A stretch of DNA of 64,000 nt from Dipteris shenzhenensis. Lineage: Eukaryota. The notes under the pieces are model-generated. The model was not told the origin of the DNA, made no database searches, and worked only from the letters and a program-made list of their open reading frames with translations. Within the stretch, counting starts at the first letter, position 1. Every line of letters begins with the position of its first letter. The stretch lies in the NCBI GenBank assembly GCA_047967505.1, contig CM106538.1; one strand, written 5' to 3'. Made by a program: the position numbers and the translations under genes. Of the stretch, positions 37,356-48,939 are shown piece after piece.

Positions 37356-37618
37356 AGTCTAGGGTAGGTTTGACATTTGCAGTGGGTTGCGTGGCCATCC
37401 TAAGCCCCTTGGTTTATCTAATGTGGCATGGCAGTCCGCATCTTGCTGGTCAGGCTGGAAGGCTTGCGTGGCCATATGTGTGCCACAACCCCAGCTCCTA
37501 TGACCCCTTTATAGGCTGAGGTGGACCGACCTGCTAGTCAGCCACCTAGGCATGCTAGTCGGGGCATAAGGAGGGGGAGCAATCCCCTTATGTAGGGCTG
37601 GGTGCAGCCCTTGTGAAG
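37356..37618 (+). repeat. Family X LTR fragment interrupted by Copia B
   Basis: AGTCTAGGGTAGG...GCAGTGGGTTGC matches 35750-35782; the 3' part matches 44844-44973. Confidence 0.7.
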
Positions 37619-37957
37619 TGTAGGCCATTTTCTCCCAGTTCTAGTGATGCCCTATAGGCCCTGGTATGTGCCTTGTAGGCATAGTTATAGGCACTTAGTT
37701 TATTTTGTGCCTTTTATGCCACATAGGACACTTAGTCCTATGTGACACCTAGGACACTTAGTCCTAGGATCTAGGTACAAGTACTGTGTACTTCTCTTTT
37801 CTTAACACACTAGTTGACGTGACGGCTCTATCAACTCTTTGTACCTTGCACTCTCTCTTTCATTTAACGATCCTACACTGGTATCAGAGCTTGGTTTGAC
37901 TCGTCTCCTGCCTCCGAATTTGCACCAGCTCCCCTCAGCCTACCTGCTCCTCCATCC

Positions 37958-38272
37958 GTACAGTCTGTACGACTGTACGAACGCCCATACACACAGCCTG
38001 CACACAAGACATACATCGCCGTACAGCTCCGTACATGCGTTTTGTATGATGTACTTGCGCCATACGTTGTACATGATCCGTACATCGCACTTCCTCCGTA
38101 CCTGTTCCGTACATGCTCCGTACAACCAAGTACATGTGCTTCCGTACAACAGAAGCCATGTGCCACACGTGCGATCACTTTGTGCCTGCATCATCTTCCG
38201 TACAATCTGCAGTATTCCGTATAGGTGTTCCATACAGTTTCACATGTGCGAAACTGCCTTTAGGTTCTGTAC
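37958..38272 (+). promoter_or_regulatory. GTAC/CCGTAC cluster in Copia B leader
   Basis: 15 GTAC in ~315 bp, 9 of them as CCGTAC and 3 as TCCGTACAA. Confidence 0.6.
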
Positions 38273-38879
38273 TTGCTTTGGCATTGGTTGTGATACAGGA
38301 CATTCTCAAAATTTGGGGCTTTTAAGGGCTTTTGCTGCCCTTACCTTCTTTTTACTGTTTGAAGTCTTATTAAGCTATTTCAACAGTTTGGAAAGCCTAC
38401 ATCTTGAGGTCTATACGTTGGGACAGTTGCACTTTTGCAGTCACTTTGTGGACAGCAAGTCCTAATTTTGCAGTTGCAAGCCTTGAGGCTATCTCTTGGG
38501 ATTTGGTCTGCAATTTCTTGTTTGATTGCAGTACATTTGGGTGAGATTGCAAGATATTGAGTCACTTTTGCAGGACATTGGGTCAGATTACAATACATAG
38601 GGTCACATTTGCAAAATCTCAACAAAATTTGGGGCTTTTCAGCATTTGCCCTCTTTTTGGCCTATTTGCCCTAATTAAATTTGGGGCTTTTGCCAGATTT
38701 GCTGTTTTTGCAGTCAACATTGCCTGACACAGTCACATTTGGGTCAAATCTGCATTTGCCCTTTGATTTGGGTTGGAAATTTGCAGATATTTGCTGTCAT
38801 TTTTGGACAGCCAGCTCTTTGCAGTGATAGCCTTGAGGTTTTTGGGTTTTCAAGTCTTTTTCAGGGTATCACATTTGCA

Positions 38880-41800
38880 ATGGCTAGCAACAATCATAAT
38901 CTATTTGGCATTCTTCGTGAAGATGATAAGTTGGATGGCACCAACTATCCGGTGTGGTCTTATCTCATGAAACATATTCTTGTTGCAAGGCATTTTTGGA
39001 ATATTGTTTTTGGGGTTGACCTGAGGCCAGTCAATGCTACAGTGGTTGCCTCTACTGCTGGTCCCTCTGCAAAGGGTACTCCTCCTGATGCCTTATCTTC
39101 TAGCACCTCTACTGCTGCTCCCCCAACTCACGAACAATCAAGATGGGATGCAAGAGATGCAAATGCACATTCTTGTATTGCTTTATCATGCAAGAGAATC
39201 ATTATTCCACACATCCGGTCTTGCAGGACAGCAAAGGATGCTTGGGACAAATTGGCTTCTCTTTATCAGATTCGCAATGAGGCACGTGTTGCATTTTTAA
39301 TTAGACAGTTGCACGGAGTTAGTATGAATGAACATGATTCTATGGATGCATATCTGACAAAGGTGAAGGACCTCATGGAACAACTTTCCAATATTGATGA
39401 GGTGGTGCCAAATTCTCAGCTTGTCAGTAATGATCAGCTAGTTACTTTGCTTTTGCAGGAAGAGCAAAGTCGTGCTAATAGACAAGCCATTATTCCTGAT
39501 CATGCATTTGCTTCACAACAGACAGGAAGAGGCAAGGCTTCCAAGCCTATGGGCAAGCCTAAATGTGCGCATAGCAGTGGCAATTCCTCCAATGCATCTA
39601 AAAATACAGCAGATAAGTCAAAGAAGAAAAGATGCAACTATTGTCGCAAGCCTGGACATGACATTTCAGAATGCAGGAAGCGCATTGCTTCGGAGAAAAA
39701 GAAAGCAGGATTGACAGTTAATGCCTCACATGCAATTGAATCCCACGAGCCAGCAGATGCTTCACATGCACATGCTCTCCAGGATGATTGGGCATGGGCT
39801 GTCCATTGTTCATTTGATCCCTCCAAAGTTGATGCACTCTTTACTGCTAATGATGCTCAGTCTTGGTATTTTGATAGTGGTGCTTCCAAGCACGTCACAT
39901 CTTGCAGACAGTTGTTTCATTCCTTAGCTAATGCACCTCAAGGAGGAACTGTCACATGTGCTAATAATGCTTCCTATGCTGTAAAAGGAATTGGAGATGT
40001 GCAGCTCACATCCATTTCAAGCCATCCTGTCACTTGACAAATGTTCTTTTTGTGTCTGGGATTGAAGTCAACTTGATTTCAATTTCAGCAATTGCCACTT
40101 CAGGTTTCAGAGTGAATTTTTATGGATACAAATGCCTAGTATATGATCTTCGTGATGACAATGCCATAGTTCTCACTGGCACTTTGCAAAAGGGACTTTA
40201 TCACCTTGATCATCACTCAGCTGCACATTCTGTTGAAGCATTTACTATTTCAGATTCACAGCTTGCTGAAACTCATCTTTGGCATGAGAGAATGGGTCAT
40301 CTCAATTATAGAGCTTTTGCAAAGCTACATTCACAACATATGGCAGATGATGTACCTCAAACTCACACAGTTTCCAAACATGTGTGTGAGGGTTATCTTT
40401 TGGGTAAGATGCATCGGTTTCCTTTTCAAGAGAATTGTCCAAAATTCTCACAAAGGAAATTGCAGCTAGTACACAGTGATGTCTGTGGCCCAATGAAGAC
40501 AACTTCCATTGGAGGGTACAAATATTTCATGACTCTCATTGATGACTTCACAAGATATTGCTGGGTATATCCTTTAAAAGCCAAATCTGAAGTGTTCTTA
40601 TGCTTTCATGGTTGAGAATGAATCACGATGCAAGCTTGTCACCCTCAACACAAATAAGGGGGGGAGAGTATATGTCAAAGGAGTTTGATGCATTTTTGTC
40701 TTCATGGGGCATTGTTCACTCATGCACTACTCCTTACACTCTTCAACATAATCCTGTTCATGAAAGGAAGAACAGGTCCACTATGCAGATGGCCAGATGC
40801 ATGCTTAAGGCCAAGTCCTTGCCCAATAAATTTCGGCTTGATGCAGTGATGTGTGCCAACTATGTGCTGAATAGATCACCTACAAGGGCATTTTTGTCTT
40901 CATGGGGCATTGTTCACTCATGCACTACTCCTTACACTCCTCAACATAATCCTATTCATGAAAGGAAGAACAGGTCCACTATGGAGATGGCCAGATGCAT
41001 GCTTAAGGCCAAGTCCTTGCCCAATAAATTTCGGCTTGATGCAGTGATGTGTGCCAACTATGTGCTGAATAGATCACCTACAAGGGCATTGAAGAATCTT
41101 ACACCTTATGAAGCATGGAAACGCAGGAAGCCTTCCCTTTCACACATGATAGTTTTTGGGTCTCTTGCATATGTTCATGTAACATCTCAGCTGAGACATA
41201 AGCTTAATGACAAGGCAATCAAATGCATATTTATTGGTTACAGCCAGGAGAGCAGAGAGTATCGGTTATACCAACCAAATACTGGGAAGATTATTGTCAC
41301 TAGAGATGTAATCTTTGCTGGACATTTCGCTTCTCCTCTTGTGGACTGCAAAGCTAAGCCCGAAGTTGACATGTTTGATGCCTTTGACTCTTGGTTAGCT
41401 CTGCCTTCCTCTAGGAGGACTTTGAGTAGTAACATGAGCCTCCTGCAGGTCCTCCAACAAGCACTGATCAGCCAGTACCCCATGCTGATTTGCAGATTTC
41501 TCTTCCAGCACAAATGATCCCACTATTCATGATGCAGTGATTGAAGAAAGAGCTGTCAATAGACAACAAAGGCAAGTTCCCAGATGGCTTCTTGATATAT
41601 TGAGGGACAGCAAACAAGATCAGCCTTTTGCTGCCAGGACAAGATCAGGGAATAGACAGATGCATGGTCACTTTCTTGAGTTTGCACTCCTTGCTACAGC
41701 TTGCAATGAAGAGCCTCTGTGCCATAAAGATGCTTTTGACAGCAAAGAGTGGATGGATGCAATGAGAGCTGAGTTACAATCCATTGCCAAAAATGACACA

Positions 41801-43239
41801 TGGGAATTAGTAGATCTCCCTCTCGGCAAGCATGCCATTGGTACGAGGTGGGTCTACAAATTAAAAAGGAAATCTGATGGTAGCATAGATCGACACAAAG
41901 CCCGTCTTGTTGCAAAAGGGTATGCCCAACAACAAGGCATTGATTTTGAGGAGACATTTACTCCCACATCTAGGATTACTACCATTAGATGTGTCATTGC
42001 CATTGGAGCCCATCACCATTGGCAAGTGCACCAACTTGACATCAAGATTGCTTTTCTTCATGGGGATCTGCACGAAGAAGTCTATGTCACACAACCTCCT
42101 GGCTTTGAGGTTGTTAATTCTGAAAACAAGGTATGCCGGCTTCGCAAAGCCCTTTATGGTTTGAAGCACGCACCCAGGGCATGGTATGCCAAAATTCATG
42201 CACACTTACTATCCCTTGGTTTTCAGAATAGCCCCATAGAACCCACAATTTATGTCCGTAAGAGTGGATCTGATTTTTTAGTGCTGATTTTATGTGGATA
42301 ATATGCTCATCACGGGCCCAAATACTCAGCATATTGCAGCTTTCAAAGTTGATTTGCAGCAGGTTTTTGAAATGTCAGACATGGGACAGCTCCACTATTA
42401 TTTGGGCATTCAGTTTGCTCATGTTGAGGGGGATATCATGATGTCTCAGCCCAAGTATCTTGGACAGCTCCTTGATCATTTTCAGTTCGAGGATTGCAAG
42501 CCAATCTCTACTCCAGTGGACCCTGGCTTCAAATTCTCAGCTCATGATGGGAGCCCACCATGTGATATCACTCTTTATCAGCAGGCCGTTGGATGCCTTA
42601 TTTATTTATGTCACACCAGACCTGACTTACAGTATGCAGTATCTCAGCTTAGCATATTCATGCACATGCCCAGCTCACAACATTGGTAGGCAGTCAAGAG
42701 AGTTTTCAGATATCTCAAAGGCACTCAAAATTTAGCCCTTTTCTATGGTGATCAGGGCTCACTTACCATGCATGCTTACACGGATAGTGATTGGGCAGGA
42801 TGTTCCGACACCAAAGTCACATATTGGCAATTGTTTTTTGCTTGGCAATTCATGTATCTCTTGGCTTAGCAAGAAGCAACCAATAGTTGCCACATCTAGC
42901 TGTGAGGCTGAGTACAAGGCAGCTTTCACCGCTACATTAGAGTGTGTTTGGGTTCGATAGTTAGTTACAGATCTTGGTATTCGCCAGACATCCTCCACTA
43001 TGGTCTACACTGATAGCCAGAGTGCCTTGGCCATTGCGCGTAACCCAATGTTTCATGCGCGTACCAAGCACATTGAAGTTCATTATCATTATGTTCGAGA
43101 GCGGTTGTTAGCAGGAGACATAGAGTTGTCTTATCTTCCCACAGAGGACAACATAGCAGATCTGTTTACAAAGGTACTTCCTCGTCCCAAGTTCGAAGTC
43201 TTCCGATAGGCTTTACACTTGGTTCCCTTTGTTACGTGA
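38880..43239 (+). pseudogene. Copia gag-pol (frameshifts and stops; 198-bp duplication in integrase)
   Basis: KLDGTNYPVW, CNYCRKPGHDISEC, WYFDSGASKH, VHSDVCGP, KARLVAKGY, SKKQPIVATSSCEAEY. Confidence 0.92.
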
Positions 43240-43417
43240 TCTGACATACCTTGTACATTCATAGGTGGCTATATCCTTTTGGATGAACATGTGCCACCAT
43301 GACCAGAAAATACCAGGTATTCTAAGACGTTTCCAGAATACTTCAGCCCATACCATGGAGGGGGGTTTGTAGGCCATCTTCTCCCAGTTCTAGTGATGCC
43401 CTATAGGCCCTGGTATG

Positions 43418-43530
43418 AGCCCATCTATAGCAAAGGTTTTCCCTACCGCTTTGGGGTTCTTCTGAGATCACTTGCAGTTCTCTCATCGCTCTCTCCTTGC
43501 ATGTTTGGTGTGTGTGAGGTTGGCTCTCTT
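43418..43530 (+). repeat. Family X LTR 3' fragment
   Basis: Matches 36520-36631; resumes at ~44803-44840 after the ORF1-only insertion. Confidence 0.7.
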
Positions 43531-44802
43531 CGTCCTAAAACCACGCGACAGCTTGTCAATCATCTCTCTTCGTCCGTCACCCGTCGCCCATCGCCCGTCG
43601 TAGTCGGTCACAGCCCGTCGCAGCCCAGCCCGTCGCCCAGCCCAGTCCGTCGCTCAACCAACCCAACCCTACCTAGCTAGCTCGTCGTCTCCCGCCCAGC
43701 CCCCCGTCGTCGTCTCCCCACTCTTGGCTGGGCTGTACCCCAGGCCCAGCCAAGGGGTTAGTTCAACCAAAACGGGGATAGTCGATATGGCCAGCCCATT
43801 CTCCCCTCACCCCCCCAAGCTTTACTCCGCCATGGCAGCCACAACCCCTGCTCCCTTCGACAGGACGTACTCTAGGTATAAAATTCAACCTCCCCCGGCA
43901 CTAACCAAGCCGCAAGAGCAGATTTACCATCTCCAGCAAGAGGTACGAGACCTGAGGTCCCAGCTCACCCAAGCCCTAGCTCGTATTGCAGCTTTGGAAG
44001 GCCCAGGGAAGCAGGAGATTATTGCAGCAGCCGTACAAACATGTAAATCTGAGCCCCCAACACCACGGCTGATTTCCACGGTTAGAGAGCTCATCCAAGT
44101 GAAAGTGACAGCTGAACCCAAGGTTGACATCCAAACAAAGATCCAAGAACATCAACTTTGGAAAGAGAATGCTATGAAGATTCGAATAGGGGGAATACCA
44201 GATTGGCATCATGAGAATGACACTTTCAATGAGGCAATCGAAAGAATCAAGGCAGCAGTCCCAGCCATTAACTGGTCAGCAAGCCCAACTGATGACAAGA
44301 ATGATGATGAAGAAGACTCTTCCCCAGTTTATTAATCACCCAGGAATGGACACGCTGTCATCACCTTCAACTCGAAGATACTCAGGAAAAGGATTCTACG
44401 AAATCCTATAAGCTGAAGGGGACAAAGATATGGATTGCTGAGGAGCTTACAAGAACCCAACTGAAGGACAAAGCTACCGAGCTTGCTAAGGTTTGGGCAG
44501 CCAGGGAAGCAGGAAAATGGGCAGTCTATCGTGACGGTCTTGCAGTGATTAGAGAATTTAAGACTAAACCTAAAGACCCTCAGTCTTAAACTGATGTAAT
44601 GGCCACCCCATAGCCTAGTACCTAGTTTTATGTTCTATGTGTTTTTAGGTTCTATGTTTTTTTTTTTTGGAGGAACCTAATGATGCTCCCAGGGAGGTTG
44701 CCTATGGCCCTCTCTGTACTGATGTATAAGCAGGTCTCTTTTGTCCCATAGACCTTTCAGGTCTCCAGTGGACATTAATAAACTTTCTTTCTTTCTTTCT
44801 TT
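43531..44802 (+). mobile_element. ORF1-only non-LTR-like element, copy 3 (apparently full length, ~1.27 kb)
   Basis: CpG-rich 5' UTR, a single ORF, ~200-bp 3' UTR, stem-loop 44742-44774, AATAAA, (TTTC)n tail; flanked by CTCTCT inside an LTR that continues on both sides. Confidence 0.75.
43787..44589 (+). pseudogene. LINE ORF1p-like protein (coiled coil + RRM-like + C-terminal domain), one stop and one frameshift
   Basis: Heptads IYHLQQEVRDLRSQLTQALARIAALE; NAMKIRIGGIPD (cf. RxxNLRIxGIPE); HAVITFNS; KLKGTKIWIAEELT (cf. LKGxxIxIxEDLT). Confidence 0.7.
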
Positions 44803-44843
44803 CTCTCTCTATCTCTTCATTTCAGTTTCAGTTCCATCTCTTC

Positions 44844-45155
44844 ACCCCAGCTCCTATGACCCCTTTATATGCTGAGGTGGACCGACCTGCTAGTCAGCCT
44901 CCTAGGCCTGCTAGTCGCGGCATAGGGAGGGGGAGGAATCCCCTTATGTAGGGCTGGGTGCAGCCCTTGTGAAAAGCCTGAGGAAGGGCCTTGGTGCAGC
45001 CCCTTAAGGGGCAAACCACGTCAGCCCCCCTAGGTGCACGAGTTGGCCCCTAGAGCAAGGAGTCAGCCAATTTGTTGCAACCGACTAGGGGAGGGACTGG
45101 GGCGATATATAGGCCCCCCTCCTTGCCTTTCATTTCATCTCAGTGTGGTGCCTCT
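44844..45155 (+). repeat. Family X LTR middle fragment
   Basis: Near-identical to 37488-37617 and similar to 36180-36485. Confidence 0.75.
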
Positions 45156-45399
45156 AACAAGATCATCGATATCACACGATCATCGTATATCACATGAGGA
45201 TGTGCAAGAGGTTGTTAGAGATGAGAGCGCTGCTTCACAGGAACAACAATCCCTAGATGGTTGTTGCAAACTCTGCAGGACAGCAGACTTTCGGCCCCCC
45301 TATCTAGTAGAACAAGGGCTAGCTCAAGAGGGATAGGTAGAGAAAACTTGGATGAATTCACTGTATGATACGAAATTTGAATGAACCATGCACTTTTGA

Positions 45400-46812
45400 G
45401 GATGCTCAAGACAATGAGTATTGGATGAGGGCCATGCAGTTAGATTCTATCATGAATAACAATAAACGAAGTGTTGGATTTACCTGTAGGGAACAAAGCT
45501 ATTAAAACAAAATGGGTGTACAAGATCAAAAGAAGATATCATGGTACCATTGACAGGTACAAGGCAAGGTTGGTTGCCAAGGGCTATTCTCAGCAACAGG
45601 GAATAGATTATGATGAAAGCTTTGCCCCAACTTCTAGGATGACCACCATCAGATATGTTGTTTCATTGGCTGCCCATTTTTGTTGTAAAGTACATCAGTT
45701 TGATATAGAAACACCCTTTTTCAATGGGGACTTGCAAGAAGAACTGTATGTGAGTCAGCCTTTTCGTTTTCAAATGCCTAGTCAGGAACATAAAGAATGC
45801 AGACCCCATAAGGCACTTTATGGGTGAAACAAGCCCGACAAGGTCCATTTGAGAAAATGCATATATTTTTTACAAATCATGGTCCACATAATAGTCCAAT
45901 TGAAAGGACAAAAGGGATTAGTTGATTGTCATCTTATACATGGATGATATGCTGCTCACATGCACAATGAAGAGAAAACTCCAGTATTAAAGAATGATCT
46001 TGAAGCTTTGTTTGAGATGTCTAATCTGGGGCTTTTACACTATTGGGCATTCAATTTATGCAAACAGATGAAGGCATTGTAAGCCTCTTTTTAAACTCCC
46101 TTGGAGTCAGGGTTCAGGCTGTCCATGCATGATGCAGGTCAACCTTTTGATGCTTTTTGTATACAATCAAGCTACCAGATGCCTTATTTATCTCTGTAAT
46201 ACCGGTCCACATATTCCGCTTAGTGTATCACAATTGAGCAGGTATATGCACAGCCCAAAGACAAAGACACAGCATTGTGTTGTAAAGCATGTTTTCATAA
46301 ACGTTGTGGGTACATAGTCTCTTGGTCTATCTATGCCAAGCGGGTGACTCTGGGTTGCATGCTCTCAATGATTCAAATTGGACTGGGGGTTACGATACCA
46401 GACACTCCACCAATGGAATTTGTTTCTTTATTCGCAATCCATGCAGTTCTTGAGCAAACATCCAATGTGGCAACATCATCTTGTGAAGCTAAGCACGGGG
46501 CAGCATTCACAACTACAGTTCAATGTGTATGGCTCAGGAGATTGATGGCAGATCTTTGTGGTGGTTTGCAGCCATCTACTCCCATACTCACTAATAATCA
46601 CAGTGCTATTACGTTGGCACAAGATCTTATGCTTCATGCACGCATAAAACACATTGAAATCCATTATCATTATGTCAAAGAGAGGTTACATGTAGAAGAA
46701 AAGTGTTTTATCTGCTATGCTACACTCCAAAACGTTGCAGATCTTTTCATCAAGGCCTAGAAAAGTTTGAAGCTTTCCGCAAAGCTTTGGGCTTACTTCC
46801 ATGTGGTGACTG
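45400..46812 (+). pseudogene. Heavily decayed Copia RT-RNase H
   Basis: KWVYKIKR...RYKARLVAKGYSQQQGIDY, ATSSCEAKH, KHIEIHYHY, ADLFIKA. Confidence 0.85.
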
Positions 46813-46854
46813 AGATCACTTCTTGTACACCAGGACATTGTGACTGCAGGAAGG

Positions 46855-47010
46855 TGTTGGACATAGTTAGTGGTTGAGCTAGCAGTTGAGTGACTTTTAA
46901 CTCATTTTAAGGTTTTATCATATTGATAGCTCTCTTGTATCTCATTCTTGCAACTTACAATTCAGCTGAGGTCCACGTTTTTGCACTCTCCTCCTTCTCC
47001 AATCCTCACA
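46855..47010 (+). repeat. 3' LTR remnant, family Y
   Basis: TGTTGG after the AGGAAGG purine tract; homologous to 35500-35715; the end could instead be 47022 (TCCAACA). Confidence 0.6.
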
Positions 47011-48939
47011 GCATTTCCAACATCCTTCATTTAGAGTAGGGGATACCTCAAAAATGAAAATGCCGTTTGTCTAAGTGAGCAATTATTGGAGAACATGATA
47101 TGCTTCAATACCAACCAGCCTCCCTCGAACGAAGCGCAACCGAAACTCGCATCACTTCAAGGGACAACTCATTACACGAATCACAGTCCTACTTCAACCG
47201 GCGGTTAGTGAATACTGCAGAAGAATGACACGATGCACACAAATTCGCAGATGCAAATCACAGCAAAAATGCTTCTATCAACGAGCTTCAAATCATGTTC
47301 AACCATTGTCAAACTGTCACAACAGCACTTCAGCTGTAACAATGAAGAGATGGTGTGGATCATGTGTGTCTCAAGTGAGGGCTTCAGTGCGATCCTTGTG
47401 CTCCCTAGTCTTGTAACTCATAAAATGCTCCAACTCCCCTTGTAAGTTACGACTACTTCGACTCACTTGTCACTTATGAGTCCCTCAATTTGCTTCGCTA
47501 CTCACCCCCCCGTGGCTTCACTCAACAAACTCCCAGACTTTGTTGTGCGACTGCATGCATGAACTTTATAGTTTGGACTTGGGAGCTTGGGACTCCCTGA
47601 GTTCGCATATGCAACACACATGTGGGTCGTGACTCCCTAAGTTTACTCCACAACTTTAGTCCCAAACTAATGTTTAAAATATTACTATTTTTAGGCAAAT
47701 GCCAGTGTAGCAATTAGTCAAAAGGATTAGGGTCACTTTTCCTTCTCTAAGGTTTTTCCCTCTAACCACAGTTAGCAACTGAGATTACGTTCTGTGGGTT
47801 CTACCCTTAGTTCTGCACTCTCCACATGCTCATTCTATGCGCCCATCATCATTTAATATCAGAGCATGGTATTCTAACCTCCTATCATCTGCCTGCATCT
47901 CTCAAGGTGTCACCATTTGGTACTTCTCTCAAGAAATAAAGCGTAATCTTTATTAGAATTGACTTCGGTCAAAGAATGTTAACTATGGTTAACTAAGAAT
48001 AAGTTTTATTGTTTTACTTTTGCTTTGCATTGGTAAAAGAGAATTGTGGGGATATCCACAAGGGACTAGGATTAGTCCAAGAACTAGGAATGCATGCCTT
48101 TCACTAACCTCTAATGGGTTTAAGTGTTGGAACTTGTTTGTGCAGTGAGTAGGGCCTAACAGAGTGCAAAAAGGACCCAAGAGTGAGGAGAAAAGCACAA
48201 AGAGCAAGTCCCACAAGGCCTAAAAGCATGGACAAGGGAGACGCCTCTTTAATAGGAGGACCCATGAGATAAAAAGGCGTCAAAAGCGCCAGATTCAAAA
48301 AGAAAGCTAAAAAGCTTGGCTTTTATGTAAAAGTAGCTTTTACAAAGCAGGCCCTAGCTCTTGCTAGGCCTAGTCTAGTGAAACACGAAAATCTGTTTGC
48401 TCTCAACTGGTTACGTCAAATTATGGGCATAGGCACTTGCATTTTCCTCCCAGTCAACCTCAGTGGTAGCAAACTCTTAAAAAAAATCCGATTACGTGAA
48501 AGCTTCAGCTTGCTTATTCCCAACGAGCCCCAAAATTCCCTAGATGGATCTAGCATGCCACATGTCTTCATTTTAGGGTCCTTCCTTAATGCATCATTTA
48601 CCCCTCTCTTGGGATATCATTAAAACTATTTGCCCCTTGGCACATTTCATGCATTTAGGTCCCTTAGCCTTAGATCCACCTAGTCTAGTGCCATGTCACC
48701 CTCAAAAAGGACCTTGACCTTTATTCCTTTTTGATAATTTATATGAAGCCCAAACAAATATAATACAAACATTGATCCTTTAAAGGAAAATGTCCACTGA
48801 CCCTTCCGAGGTCATGTTACCTCAACTTGAGCGTAACATTCCTTTTCTCTTCAAGCATCAGCGTCCTCGATGATAAAGTCTGGGAACACTCTCCGTAACT
48901 GGTATACGGATTCCCAGGTAGCTTCTGATAGAGGTAGAC

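Larger units (their letters stand above)
37619..43417 (+). mobile_element. Ty1/Copia LTR retrotransposon, copy B (same family as A; 3' LTR truncated)
   Basis: 5' LTR 37619-37877 (TGTAGG...CCTACA), PBS 37879-37890, gag-pol, PPT ~43357-43365, 3' LTR only 43368-43417. Confidence 0.93.

Noticed and set aside
47040-47420. Candidate upstream exon of the RimM-like gene (GAG|GTATCC donor on the minus strand)
   Set aside because: The frames I translated contain stops or show no similarity to the expected peptide.
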